DNA of 64,000 nucleotides from the IMG/VR virus record IMGVR_UViG_3300010389_000001, positions 124,001-188,000 of that record; one strand, given 5' to 3'. Position numbers and translations under genes: made by a program. The notes under the pieces were generated by a model. The model searched no databases, was not told the origin of the DNA, and was given only the letters and a program-made list of their open reading frames with translations. Positions 9,483 to 19,892 of this stretch are shown here, piece after piece. Each line of letters opens with the position of its first letter. The first letter of the stretch is position 1.

Positions 9483-10179
9483 GTATGGAGATAAGGTGAG
9501 CAAGAAAGTTTTAAATCATCCAGATAAGGAGGAGCTTATAAAAAGACTCCTGGAAGGGGAATCTGTAAAAGGCGTAGAGTCTTGGCTGAAAGATAAATAT
9601 CCTAGAAAGAAAAGAATGCATATATCTTACATGACTCTGCAAAAGTTTAGAACAGAACACCTAAATCTAAAGGGAGAAGTTCTTGAGGATATTAAGAACA
9701 GAAGAGTTGAGGTATCAAAAGAGGCTTCAGAAGCTGAAGCAAGAATGATCGTAAAAAACTCTTCTGCATACCAGCAGAAGATTGACGAAATTGTATCTGA
9801 AGAGCTGGATGCGACCAAACGCCTCCTCGAAATGGACGCTCTGATAAATTCCCGTATCGAATATTATTACAATCTTCTTCAGAATGGCGGCTCTATCAAG
9901 GAGGATAAGGTATTCCTGGATTACATTAACACAATGCGAGCCCTAATGCAAGACTGGAAGAAATACGTAGAGGGCTTTGCTGACCAGAAAATCGAGCATA
10001 ATATTAATATTAATGTTATTAACGAGCAGGCTAGGGTTCTTAGAGAATCTGTAATGGAGATATTGCATAAAATGGATCCAGATCTTATCCCCGTATTTGT
10101 GGACGCACTGAACAGAAGAATGGAAGATGGAGATAGAGAGGCGCCGAGGCTTATTAACCCTAATGTTATTGACGCTTAA
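9481..10179 (+). CDS. hypothetical protein, candidate terminase small subunit
   Basis: Helical N-terminus, coiled-coil core, late KIEHNININV strand; real start probably GTG at 9496; function is a guess. Confidence 0.35.
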   Translation: MYGDKVSKKVLNHPDKEELIKRLLEGESVKGVESWLKDKYPRKKRMHISYMTLQKFRTEHLNLKGEVLEDIKNRRVEVSKEASEAEARMIVKNSSAYQQKIDEIVSEELDATKRLLEMDALINSRIEYYYNLLQNGGSIKEDKVFLDYINTMRALMQDWKKYVEGFADQKIEHNININVINEQARVLRESVMEILHKMDPDLIPVFVDALNRRMEDGDREAPRLINPNVIDA

Positions 10180-10197
10180 AGCTCAACAGGAATTATA

Positions 10198-10458
10198 ATG
10201 CGAGTAAGAATAAACCCAAAACAAAATCTAAAAGAAAAAGCTAATTTGGAAAAAGAGCACATAAACTCTCTGACTTCTTTTAGAGGCTGGATAAGAGAAG
10301 TGACTGGCGACTATGAAGAGCGAGCGATTCCGAATGGCGAATTGGAGAAATACCTAGGGTACATAAGAACCGTCTTGGACAAGACGGTTGGATCAAATAA
10401 ATGGAAGTGGATAAAGGCAATAGAAAAACTCCAAGAAAAACTAAAGGAAGAGTCATAA
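10198..10458 (+). CDS. hypothetical protein
   Basis: 86-aa ORF tightly packed in operon. Confidence 0.7.
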   Translation: MRVRINPKQNLKEKANLEKEHINSLTSFRGWIREVTGDYEERAIPNGELEKYLGYIRTVLDKTVGSNKWKWIKAIEKLQEKLKEES

Positions 10459-10459
10459 T

Positions 10460-11953
10460 ATGCCTAGAATAAATGATTATTTTAAAAACAAAATAATAAA
10501 CATGAACGAAGAAAGCAAGGACGCACTACTTCCGGTGGCGAAGAGGGCTGCTCACTTAACGGAAATAGGTATATCAAATGATGATGAGCTGGTAAAGTAT
10601 CTTTTCCTAGAGAGAGAGGCTGGTAAAATGAATGTTACTATTACCGACCGCATCGCTTCTGAGATAATAAAAAACTCAAGCGATACTGGAGACATACTTT
10701 ATGGGCTGCTAAAAAGAAAGATTTCAGATAGACAGCTAAAAAAAATCGCTTATCCAAATCCGGGACTTTCCGTTGATAGCCTCAACAAAGAAGTTGACCT
10801 CAACGAGTGGCTTGAGCTGGTCCACAAAATATACAAGGCATGCAAGCGTGGAGAGATGACAAAGCAAAAAGCTTTGGATTTTTATAGTAATAATTTGGAT
10901 AATGAAGAGAAGCAAAGATTTTTAAGATGGTTCGAATATTATAGCTCTGGTCAGCACCTTCAGTATCCAGCCATCAAACACTCAGATTATAAAGGAAAAG
11001 AGATGAAGAAAGAATCTGTATTTCAGTCAGGCTTAATCGGTTCCGGATTTTATGATCAGGATAACAACAGGCCTGGCAGCAGCTTTGGTGGCGGTGAGCC
11101 AAGCGCTAATGGTGGCAGTGCAGATCTAAGCGCCAAAGAAAAGCTCACTGCCTGGAAAAAGGCCATAAACAGAGCATGCAAGAGAATCGATACACTTCTT
11201 AGGGAGGGTGATATACCGTATGACTCTTACTCCCAGATGGCAAAGCACCTATTCGATCTAAGCTCTTTAATCAAGCAGGTTAAGATGGCAAGCACAATGA
11301 GCGATGTTACGCACAGAACTGCAAATATACTTAAGCAAGCTGGGCATCAGGAGCCCGCAAACATTTTGATAAAAATTGCTCAAGAAATATCCGAAGAAAA
11401 TGCCGTTCCGGCAGAGGGCCAGCCGGCAGCGGCAGAAGTTCCGGAGTCCACTCAGCCCGAAGCAGCACCTGTCGAAACTGGGCCAAGTCAGCAGGAGCAG
11501 AAATCTGGAGTAGAGGTGCCGGAACCGGACGCCGTAGAGCCTACAAAGCTTAGAGATATAGAGCCTATTCCCGGTCCGCAACCGGGTGAGTATGAGGCTC
11601 TGGCCGGAAATATAAACCTTGAAGATGCAGCCAAAAAGCTTGACGATGTCGCCGGCATGCTGGCAGATAGAAGAATCATTAGGCAGCTTGCAGAGTTTGA
11701 TATTATGCTTGATAAAATCGGCATCGCATCAATGTTCCCTGAGCTAGCAGAGTCTCAGAGTAAGCTTATTGACGCATTCTCCTATGCCCTTACTCGTGTC
11801 ACCAAGATGATGGGTCAGCTATCCAATGCAAAGACTCTTCTTGAGGCTGGAGGTCCGCTACCCGGCACTGGGGCCTCTGCTGCAATTGAAGCCCCAGAGG
11901 CAGCTCCAGAGGCAGCCCCTGAAGAGGTGGCAGGACAGCCTCCCACTGAGTAA
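10460..11953 (+). CDS. hypothetical head-module protein
   Basis: 497-aa ORF with several K-x-A/S motifs, Pro/Glu linkers and a helical-hairpin module. Confidence 0.8.
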   Translation: MPRINDYFKNKIINMNEESKDALLPVAKRAAHLTEIGISNDDELVKYLFLEREAGKMNVTITDRIASEIIKNSSDTGDILYGLLKRKISDRQLKKIAYPNPGLSVDSLNKEVDLNEWLELVHKIYKACKRGEMTKQKALDFYSNNLDNEEKQRFLRWFEYYSSGQHLQYPAIKHSDYKGKEMKKESVFQSGLIGSGFYDQDNNRPGSSFGGGEPSANGGSADLSAKEKLTAWKKAINRACKRIDTLLREGDIPYDSYSQMAKHLFDLSSLIKQVKMASTMSDVTHRTANILKQAGHQEPANILIKIAQEISEENAVPAEGQPAAAEVPESTQPEAAPVETGPSQQEQKSGVEVPEPDAVEPTKLRDIEPIPGPQPGEYEALAGNINLEDAAKKLDDVAGMLADRRIIRQLAEFDIMLDKIGIASMFPELAESQSKLIDAFSYALTRVTKMMGQLSNAKTLLEAGGPLPGTGASAAIEAPEAAPEAAPEEVAGQPPTE

Positions 11954-12714
11954 TGATTATGAAAGATATTCTTGAAAAAATCTCTGAAATATCAGAGGCC
12001 AATAAAATATCTAAACCATTTGTCGTTGGCGGCATACCTAGGTCTATATACCTTGGCCTGGATTACGATAATTCAGATATAGACATAACTACAAATTCAT
12101 CAGATATAACAAGATTATCTTTGTTGACTTGTGATTATTTTAAAGAATATTTTAAAGTATTTGACGATGGACATATAAGCTTATACCTAGAAGGCTACAC
12201 TCTTGATTTCTCAAGTAATTTTGTATCTTCAGATGCATTAGAGTATGTAGGCGATCTAGAGGATGACAGCCTAAAGGAAGTATATAGCAGAGATTTTACT
12301 ATGAATACTCTGCATATGGATCTGAAAACGTATGAGATTATTGACCCCACGGGGGCCGCAAAGCAGGATATTGATAACAAGATAATAAAGACAGTAGTTC
12401 CCCCAGAGATCGCTATGGCAGATGATCCCAACAGGCTCTGGAGGGCAATTAACTTTGCTTCAAGATTAAACTTTGAAATAAGCGAAGATATTGTTGATTT
12501 TGTATTGAGCAATAAAGAATTTTTCTCAGATCATCCCGAAATAAAGACTGCCTATGTAGAAAAGATTATAGGCGAGACTGTAAAGATCAACCCCACACTA
12601 ACTATTGAGAATCTTCTAAAGATGGATATACTTAGCCTTGTGCCTCTTTCTGGAGAATTTAAGAGAGAGATTATAAGCCGCAGAATGGTAAAAGAATATT
12701 TAGATTCAATATAG
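11953..12714 (+). CDS. CCA-adding/poly(A) polymerase family nucleotidyltransferase (short form)
   Basis: VVGGIPR...SDIDIT, SRDFTMN, IDPTG, DDPNRLWRAINF correspond to class II motifs A-D. Confidence 0.85.
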   Translation: MIMKDILEKISEISEANKISKPFVVGGIPRSIYLGLDYDNSDIDITTNSSDITRLSLLTCDYFKEYFKVFDDGHISLYLEGYTLDFSSNFVSSDALEYVGDLEDDSLKEVYSRDFTMNTLHMDLKTYEIIDPTGAAKQDIDNKIIKTVVPPEIAMADDPNRLWRAINFASRLNFEISEDIVDFVLSNKEFFSDHPEIKTAYVEKIIGETVKINPTLTIENLLKMDILSLVPLSGEFKREIISRRMVKEYLDSI

Positions 12715-12752
12715 TTTTGTAGTTTACTAATATTTTATAATTAAAAGAAGTC

Positions 12753-13190
12753 ATGATTAGAGGCAAATTACATAAATGCCCATTTGGGCTAAAAGTACCA
12801 TTTGGATGCAAGAACGCCGGAGGCTGTCCAGAGGACAGCAATTCTAAGGCAGCTGATCTAATGATACCACTTCACGATCTAGAGGGTGATGAGCTAGAAC
12901 GAGCTGCGCAGTACAACTTAGATTTATTGTTTCTAGTAGATGAGCCTAAAAAATGCCCGTATGCAGATAAGATAATGGATGATCGCAAGTCTGTTGACTG
13001 CAAGTATGACAAAGAAGGAAAAGAAACTGCAGTCGGCATTGACGGCATTAATAGCGGCAAAGATTATCCGCACATCATGGTTGGTCAAAGCGCAAAAACG
13101 CAATATGGTCAACCAAAAGAATATAATGATTATTACTCTGATGATAATAATACTAATATATATTATGGTATATATAGCCTAATAGGATAA
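12753..13190 (+). CDS. hypothetical Cys-containing protein
   Basis: KCPFGLKVPFGC...KCPY...VDCKY; TACTAAT upstream at 12725. Confidence 0.7.
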   Translation: MIRGKLHKCPFGLKVPFGCKNAGGCPEDSNSKAADLMIPLHDLEGDELERAAQYNLDLLFLVDEPKKCPYADKIMDDRKSVDCKYDKEGKETAVGIDGINSGKDYPHIMVGQSAKTQYGQPKEYNDYYSDDNNTNIYYGIYSLIG

Positions 13191-13194
13191 AGTT

Positions 13195-14265
13195 ATGTCT
13201 AAAAAATATCTGAGACCAAAAACCAAGAGCATGGGAGAAGAAATGAGAAAACAAGCCTACTATCAGGAGTCTTCTTACGCAGAAGATTTTGTTATGGACC
13301 CTGTAAGCTATGCCGAAGATGAGGAGGCTGAGTTCAGCATTCTTGAGGAGGCAATGAGGCAGTTCGGCCAAAAGGATGAAGAAGTTTCTGGCGACGTATT
13401 TCCCACCGGAGATTTTTCTGAAAGTGATTTTTCCGAAGAAGTTGGCGATATGACATTAGGAGAGGCACTCAAGTCATTGACGGACGGCCCAAATGATCTT
13501 GGTGATTTGGCAGAGGAGTTAGAGGATCTCGAAGAGTCTGTGGATGAATTAGTTAAAGAGCATGGAGACGTGCCGATGAAAGAGCTAATTCCTGGATCAG
13601 ATATTTCTGCAGAAGACCTAGAGGATAAAGCAGAGGATGTTGAGACTGACTATGCAAACGATGGTGATCTAACCAAATTTATGGATTATATACAGAGCGA
13701 GTATCCTGCGAATATCCCAGCTCATGATGGCAGAAGTACTACTGGATGCGAGAATGCAATCTATTTCTTAAGCAGGCTAAATTCTGAAATATCTAAGGCG
13801 ATCAAGGCCGATGTTGATAAGGTCCTAGACCTAGCTGGTCTTGAGGAAATCAGAAGCAATATAATGAGAGATGTCATTACTCTTAAGGATCATCTAAAGA
13901 AGCTGGAGAAAAAACTAAAGGATCAGCACTCAAAGACAGCTGACCACGCCGCTCCCCTGTGGACCACGGCAAATGGCGACAGCGTTGATCTGGTAAAGGA
14001 AGCTACGACGCCAAATAATATGGTCATTTGCATTACACCATTTATGCGAGCAATTACTGGAATGATGATTAACGCCCATGTTTCTTCCGGCAAGCCGATG
14101 GAAGAAGTTTATGAAGCTCTAAAAGAGAAGTACGACATAACCGACAGAGAGGAGCTTTCAATTATTCAAATTTGCATGGACAGCGGATTCCCCCTCTTCA
14201 AAGATAGAGGCACTGTTTCCGATGAAAAGCTAAGTGTCGATTTTCTCAGGAATTACCTAGCCTAA
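13195..14265 (+). CDS. acidic hypothetical head-module protein
   Basis: 356 aa, Asp/Glu-rich N-terminal half; TACTAAT upstream at 13151. Confidence 0.8.
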   Translation: MSKKYLRPKTKSMGEEMRKQAYYQESSYAEDFVMDPVSYAEDEEAEFSILEEAMRQFGQKDEEVSGDVFPTGDFSESDFSEEVGDMTLGEALKSLTDGPNDLGDLAEELEDLEESVDELVKEHGDVPMKELIPGSDISAEDLEDKAEDVETDYANDGDLTKFMDYIQSEYPANIPAHDGRSTTGCENAIYFLSRLNSEISKAIKADVDKVLDLAGLEEIRSNIMRDVITLKDHLKKLEKKLKDQHSKTADHAAPLWTTANGDSVDLVKEATTPNNMVICITPFMRAITGMMINAHVSSGKPMEEVYEALKEKYDITDREELSIIQICMDSGFPLFKDRGTVSDEKLSVDFLRNYLA

Positions 14266-14274
14266 GGAGGGGTT

Positions 14275-14901
14275 GTGAAAGTTAACAGACAGGGGTTGAG
14301 CGAGAGCTACAAAACTACAGCTGATTGGATATCCGATTTCGAGAAAGGCTTGAGCAAAGAAGGCAATTATCTTGAAAACCTCAAGACTATCATGAGAAAA
14401 AGAACCGACTTCTCGACAATCGAGGAGAAGATGGCTGATATTAGGGACAGAGCTGGCTTTGAGCTTCTTAAAGACGTAGGTAACACGGCTATATCAAAGA
14501 AGGCCTCAGAGTGCAACGCTTGTGACGGCGCCTGTTCGTGCAGAGGTTGTTCGTGTAACCGCTTTAACTGCAAGAGCTGCAACTCAGATTTTATAGACAA
14601 AGTAAAGGTCGTAATAAAATATATAGATGATATGATAAATAACAAGGTAGTTTCAAACAAGGAGCCGCTATCTATCCATGCTATAATTGACGATTGCAGG
14701 CAAAATAAGGATCTCGGCTTTCAGCAGATTGAAAATAATCTTAATTCAACAAAGTTTAGAGCCTTCCTGGAAGATATGCTCAATAAGGTCAAAGACTCCG
14801 AAGAAGATTCTTTAAAAAAAGTAAAATATACACCAGAAGATGGAGCTGTAGACACAGAGTCTGATATGGCAGACTACTATAGTCACTCCCTGCCTGGTTA
14901 A
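14275..14901 (+). CDS. hypothetical protein with Cys cluster
   Basis: GTG start after GGAGG; 8 Cys in 23 aa at 14512-14580. Confidence 0.75.
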   Translation: MKVNRQGLSESYKTTADWISDFEKGLSKEGNYLENLKTIMRKRTDFSTIEEKMADIRDRAGFELLKDVGNTAISKKASECNACDGACSCRGCSCNRFNCKSCNSDFIDKVKVVIKYIDDMINNKVVSNKEPLSIHAIIDDCRQNKDLGFQQIENNLNSTKFRAFLEDMLNKVKDSEEDSLKKVKYTPEDGAVDTESDMADYYSHSLPG

Positions 14902-14902
14902 T

Positions 14903-16675
14903 ATGTCTAAAGCTAGAAAAGAAAAAGAATTAATAGAGCAATTTAATAATAGCTTTCTAGACTTTGATCCCGCACATTTTTGCAAGAACAATCTAACTCT
15001 CGATGGATCTGAGTTTAATATAGTAGATTCTGGCTGGAAGTTTATGTCTGATGTGTACAGATATATAGCCTTAAATGCCACGAGAAAAGATGGTAAGCCA
15101 GTCGTCATCAAGAAGGGTCGTCAGGTTGGCGCTACGGTTATGGCTGCAGCGCTAGATCTCTTTTTTACGAATAGCGGCCTTTTTACCGAGCCAAATATAA
15201 GAGTTATACATCTATTCCCAGCATTAGGCCAGGTAAAGAAATTTTCTCAAGATAAGCTAGAAACGCTAATACGAACCGCAAAAGATAATTTTATAGAAAA
15301 GAATAAGCTAAATAGCGCCAATGCCGTTGACAACTTAACTATGAAGCAGTTTGAGACAGGCACCCTATGGATAGACAGCCTTGGCACGGATGGTGATAGA
15401 ATTCGTGGTATGACAGTTGATGTTGCGATGTATGATGAGGTTCAAGATATGCTTGGACACGCAATAGGTAACGCCACAAAAATTCTAACTGCCGCAAAAT
15501 ATGGTCCCGTCGGTCAGGGCGTGCAAGTTTACTTTGGAACTCCAAAAAGCAAAAATAGTCACTTCGCTACGATCTGGGACATGTCAGATCAGCGCTATTA
15601 TCACCTTGGATGTGTCAATTGCAGAAAGACTTACCCTTTCTATCTTCCTGATGATGACAGATGGAAATCTATTTGGCTCTATGAAAATATAGTTCAGTGT
15701 CCACTGTGCGGTACAAAGCAAACAAAGGTAGAGGCTATAGGGCGCGGGAAATGGGTCGGAACCAGGGATCCTGATAATTGCGACTTTGTAGGCTTTCATA
15801 TAAATCAACTTTATATCCCTTACTTTACAAAAGAAAATATAGAAAAGTTGATGCCTGAGAATAACCCGGCGCAGACAGAGAGAATCTGGAAGAACGAGGT
15901 CGTTGGGGAGTTTTACTCTGGCGCAGGCTCTCCTCTGACTAAATCGGAAATTTATAATTTATGCAGAGATCCGGATAGGCATTTTTCCAAAAGCATTCAG
16001 GGTAACACCAAGCCTGTATACTTGGGTGTAGACTGGGGCGGCAAAGATGATGATCCGGACTCTAGTGGCGGTCAGTCATTCTCCTGTGTTGTAATTTTGT
16101 CCGCTCAGCCAGATGGTACGCTGCTTGTTGAGCATGCTCATAAGCTAAGACAAAATACTTATGATTATAAAAAGAGCACAATAAAAGAAATGTACAGAAG
16201 GTTCTCTGTAACAAGAGGGGTTTCTGACTGGTTCTTCGGTCAAGATGTTGTGCATGATATACAGATGTTATACCGAGATAGATTTATTGGAGCGCAAGGA
16301 AGTGGAAGTCTAGCAAATCCCATGAAGTATAGAGAGGACGAGCTGATTATTTCTTATAATAAGGATTTATTAATTGACGAACTTATAGATCTGTTTAGAA
16401 AAGGAAAGATAAGATTTCCATGGAAAAGCTATGAATATCTTGAGTGGTTAATAGATCACTGCACATCGATGGAGTCAAAAATTAAGATCGTAGGCGGACA
16501 ACCTGTAAAGACATTTGTAAAAGGACCAGTTCCAAACGACGGCTTTATGGCTCTAATGTACGCCTACATGGCTTATAAGTTTGACCTAACAAAAGGCTTC
16601 AGTGTTAAGCCCGGATTTGAAAAAAGAGTAGAAATGCCAAGGGCAAGCATAGCCAATGTTAAGAGGAGAATTTAA
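14903..16675 (+). CDS. terL: terminase large subunit (GpA-like, with zinc finger)
   Basis: VIKKGRQVGAT Walker A, MYDEVQD Walker B, FGTP, CVNC...CPLC, GFHINQLY, LGVDWG nuclease motif. Confidence 0.92.
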   Translation: MSKARKEKELIEQFNNSFLDFDPAHFCKNNLTLDGSEFNIVDSGWKFMSDVYRYIALNATRKDGKPVVIKKGRQVGATVMAAALDLFFTNSGLFTEPNIRVIHLFPALGQVKKFSQDKLETLIRTAKDNFIEKNKLNSANAVDNLTMKQFETGTLWIDSLGTDGDRIRGMTVDVAMYDEVQDMLGHAIGNATKILTAAKYGPVGQGVQVYFGTPKSKNSHFATIWDMSDQRYYHLGCVNCRKTYPFYLPDDDRWKSIWLYENIVQCPLCGTKQTKVEAIGRGKWVGTRDPDNCDFVGFHINQLYIPYFTKENIEKLMPENNPAQTERIWKNEVVGEFYSGAGSPLTKSEIYNLCRDPDRHFSKSIQGNTKPVYLGVDWGGKDDDPDSSGGQSFSCVVILSAQPDGTLLVEHAHKLRQNTYDYKKSTIKEMYRRFSVTRGVSDWFFGQDVVHDIQMLYRDRFIGAQGSGSLANPMKYREDELIISYNKDLLIDELIDLFRKGKIRFPWKSYEYLEWLIDHCTSMESKIKIVGGQPVKTFVKGPVPNDGFMALMYAYMAYKFDLTKGFSVKPGFEKRVEMPRASIANVKRRI

Positions 16676-16677
16676 AG

Positions 16678-18360
16678 ATGACTAGAAGAACCAGCAGGCC
16701 TCCAATGGATATAACTAAAAAGACAGCAGATTCTCTATCTGAGTACCGGAGGGCGGAAATCTCCAACTCAGAAAATAGGCGTCTAGATGAGCAGGAAAAC
16801 TCTGGCTTGCAAGCTGCGGTAGCTCACAGTCATACCTTTAAAAAGAACAGCCTAAATATGATCAAGAGCGCATCGATAGTCTCTCCAATGATCGGCCCGA
16901 CTACTACTTCGACCACAGATCGCATGTCTCCGGAAATCTACTCCCCCCTATTCCAGCTGGCTAACTTAAATCTGCCGAGAGACCGCGTAACGATGAATGC
17001 CTGGAATAGGGTTTTCTACGATACGCACCCCATCGTAAGAAATGCCATTAACCTTCATGCATCATTTCCTATTAGCAAGATTAACATCACATGCAAAAAT
17101 AAGAAAGTTCAGCAATTCTTTATGGAGATGGCAGAAAGAATAGATCTGTACTCCGTTGTATATGGTGCTGCATTAGAATTCTGGAAGATGGGAGAGGCAT
17201 TTCCCTATGCAGAGCTTGATGAAAGCATGGGGGTCTGGAGTAGGGTTACGATTTTAAATCCAGACTATGTTCATGTAAAGAAATCTGTTATAGGAAATCA
17301 TACCCTTGTTTCTTTGAGGCCTGATGCGAATCTTATTAGAATAGTTAACTCGACTTCTCCATCCGATATAAATATGAAGAAGCATATACCAAAACATATT
17401 CTTTCTTACGTAAAGAAGGGGCACAATATTCCGCTTGATGCATTCAATGTTTCCCACCTAAAGCTGCTTAGTTCACCATACGATATTAGAGGCACATCTA
17501 TAATTGTATCAGTTTATAAAGATCTCATGCTATACGACAAGCTGAGAGAATCAAAATTTGCCCAGGCAGATGGTATGGTTAACCCACTGACCCTAGTTAA
17601 GCTTGGTGGCGAGGGAGACTATAGGCCGACCCAATCTGACATTGAAGCTTTTAAAAATGTGCTAGAAGAAGCTCAGTACGACAAAGACTTTAAGATTGTA
17701 ACGCATGCCGGAGTAAATATCGAAAGAGCAGGATTTTCTGGAGCAACGCTTGATATAGGTTCGGATATAGAGCATATACTTACCAATCTTTACGCCGGAC
17801 TTATGACTCCAAAGGCGATTATGGACTCGGAAGGTTCTACGTATGCCAGCTCATCCGTTGGCCTTGAAGTGCTGCGTCAACGATATGACATCTTTAGGAA
17901 TATGGTAAAAAAATGGCTGGAAAGAAAGATATTCGCGCCAATATGTGAGATTCAGGATTTCTTTGAATATAAAGATGGAGAAAAGAGACTTCTTGTTCCC
18001 TCTATTGACTTTAACCATATGAACCTATATGATATGGCCGACTTTATTCAGTCAGTAGGCCAGTTTGTCGGAAACAAGCAGGTATCTCTTCAAACTCTGC
18101 ACAGGAGCTTGGGATTAAGCTACGAAGAAGAGCGCAGGAGAATCAGGGAAGAGATGATCGACGAGCAGGTATTCGCGAAAGAGCAGCAGGTTCTTGGAAA
18201 TATGAAGCTTTCAGAGCTGATTGGAATAGACTCCTCCAAGGCTATTATAGAGCCTCCGGGAGAAGAGGCGGCGCCCGGGGCGCCTGCTGCAGAAGGCGGT
18301 GGCCTACCTGGAGTTGGAGGACCAGAGGGCGGCATGGGAGAAGGCCCTCCCGGCATCTAA
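16678..18360 (+). CDS. portal protein
   Basis: 560 aa directly after terL; helical with clip-like region (VTILNPDYVHV, YDIRGTSII), Gly/Pro-rich C-tail. Confidence 0.8.
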   Translation: MTRRTSRPPMDITKKTADSLSEYRRAEISNSENRRLDEQENSGLQAAVAHSHTFKKNSLNMIKSASIVSPMIGPTTTSTTDRMSPEIYSPLFQLANLNLPRDRVTMNAWNRVFYDTHPIVRNAINLHASFPISKINITCKNKKVQQFFMEMAERIDLYSVVYGAALEFWKMGEAFPYAELDESMGVWSRVTILNPDYVHVKKSVIGNHTLVSLRPDANLIRIVNSTSPSDINMKKHIPKHILSYVKKGHNIPLDAFNVSHLKLLSSPYDIRGTSIIVSVYKDLMLYDKLRESKFAQADGMVNPLTLVKLGGEGDYRPTQSDIEAFKNVLEEAQYDKDFKIVTHAGVNIERAGFSGATLDIGSDIEHILTNLYAGLMTPKAIMDSEGSTYASSSVGLEVLRQRYDIFRNMVKKWLERKIFAPICEIQDFFEYKDGEKRLLVPSIDFNHMNLYDMADFIQSVGQFVGNKQVSLQTLHRSLGLSYEEERRRIREEMIDEQVFAKEQQVLGNMKLSELIGIDSSKAIIEPPGEEAAPGAPAAEGGGLPGVGGPEGGMGEGPPGI

Positions 18361-18380
18361 TAATATAAGGGGCATTTATT

Positions 18381-19892
18381 ATGAGCGAAGAAATATTTGA
18401 AAATGATTCAGCCGAATCTTCTGGAGACGAATCTTCTGGAGGAAAAGAGGGTGTCTACCGGCAGCTTGGCTCAGAAATGGGCGAAGCTATCAAAAATCTT
18501 GAGGCAGGAATCAGCAATATAAATAGAAGAAGAAGTAAAAATTTTTACCAGAAGTTTATGTCTGTACTCAACGCACTGGCCGGCGGCAACTTACCATCAT
18601 TAGATCCAGACACTGCAGATCTTAAGTCTATAGATAATCCTTATAGCGGCGCAGAAGCGATGAACTTGAGGGCTCGCGAATTTCTCAGAAACAGAGCCGG
18701 CGTTTACAAGAGAGATTATGATAGGCTTATTGGGGAGTTCGTCGACAAATCTGCAACGCTTCTTCAGATAAAGCATGAGGATGGAGCTTACCTGAATAAT
18801 ATAATGGAAGCAGACGATAGGCTAAATATCATAAATGATCTTTATAATAGACTTCGAAGAGCATATGATGAGGAGGGCAAAATATATAAAGATGCCCCAA
18901 GAAATATTGTTCTAGAGATACTTGGAGAAATATCTAAAAGAATAGAAACATTAAGCTCTGTATTCGATAAAAATAAATCAAATATAAAAGCTTTGCCCAA
19001 TAGTCTGGCTAATGGCGAATTGCCAGATGATAAAGAAGCTTCTATAATCGAGGTCTGCAAGGAAGCATATGTTTTAAACAAAGCCTTAAGCGTCTTTACT
19101 TCTAGACAGGATTACAGAAAGCAGTTAAACAAATCCCGTGTGCTAGAAAGGCCCTACGGAGCAGCCAGGCCGCCTGAAACAGATAGCACAGAAGATGGCG
19201 CAAGAGAGGGGGGTCCAAGAACAACAGAGGTTAGGCCGGAAGTAACAAATTACCGCATTGATGGCTTTATTTCGAATCGCGACTCAGCAATTGAGAGGCG
19301 CGAAGACTCAAGCTGGAAGTTAACGGGAGGGGGGAAAGAGCTTATTGTTGACATCAAAGTTGTTCCGAGATCTCCGGAAAGCTACTCCTCAAGTGAGGTC
19401 GCAGCTATAAAGAGCAATCCCAGAGATTTCTTTTCTCAGTTATACGATAATGAAGATATTTCTATACCAAATGATGATGTTTTGTTATTTATTTTGAGAA
19501 ATTCAAAAATAGAAGCCCTTGATCTTCCAGGAGATGAAAAGGGGCTTGCGCTTAGAATAAAGATTAATAGTGGAATAAAAAGAATAGTAGAAGGATTGCC
19601 TGAAGGCGAAGGGGTTTTGGTCTTATCAGACAGTGGCGTCAGAGGCGACTCTATTATTAAACAAGCATTTAATAAGGTTATGATAAAAAAATCAGAAACA
19701 GCTACAACGCCTCTTTACAAGACTGTATCCCCTAGCGGAAAGAGTGTTGAGTTTACTGCGTCAGATCTTGTGCGCGGCATGGGTAAGATCAAAGATCCAA
19801 AGACTGGCAAGATGTTTAAGCCCAAAAAGCCAAAGCCTGCTTCGCTTGCAGACAGGGTCAACTCAAAAGAATTTGGTAAAGTCAGAAAATGA
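18381..19892 (+). CDS. hypothetical head-module protein
   Basis: 503-aa ORF. Confidence 0.75.
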   Translation: MSEEIFENDSAESSGDESSGGKEGVYRQLGSEMGEAIKNLEAGISNINRRRSKNFYQKFMSVLNALAGGNLPSLDPDTADLKSIDNPYSGAEAMNLRAREFLRNRAGVYKRDYDRLIGEFVDKSATLLQIKHEDGAYLNNIMEADDRLNIINDLYNRLRRAYDEEGKIYKDAPRNIVLEILGEISKRIETLSSVFDKNKSNIKALPNSLANGELPDDKEASIIEVCKEAYVLNKALSVFTSRQDYRKQLNKSRVLERPYGAARPPETDSTEDGAREGGPRTTEVRPEVTNYRIDGFISNRDSAIERREDSSWKLTGGGKELIVDIKVVPRSPESYSSSEVAAIKSNPRDFFSQLYDNEDISIPNDDVLLFILRNSKIEALDLPGDEKGLALRIKINSGIKRIVEGLPEGEGVLVLSDSGVRGDSIIKQAFNKVMIKKSETATTPLYKTVSPSGKSVEFTASDLVRGMGKIKDPKTGKMFKPKKPKPASLADRVNSKEFGKVRK

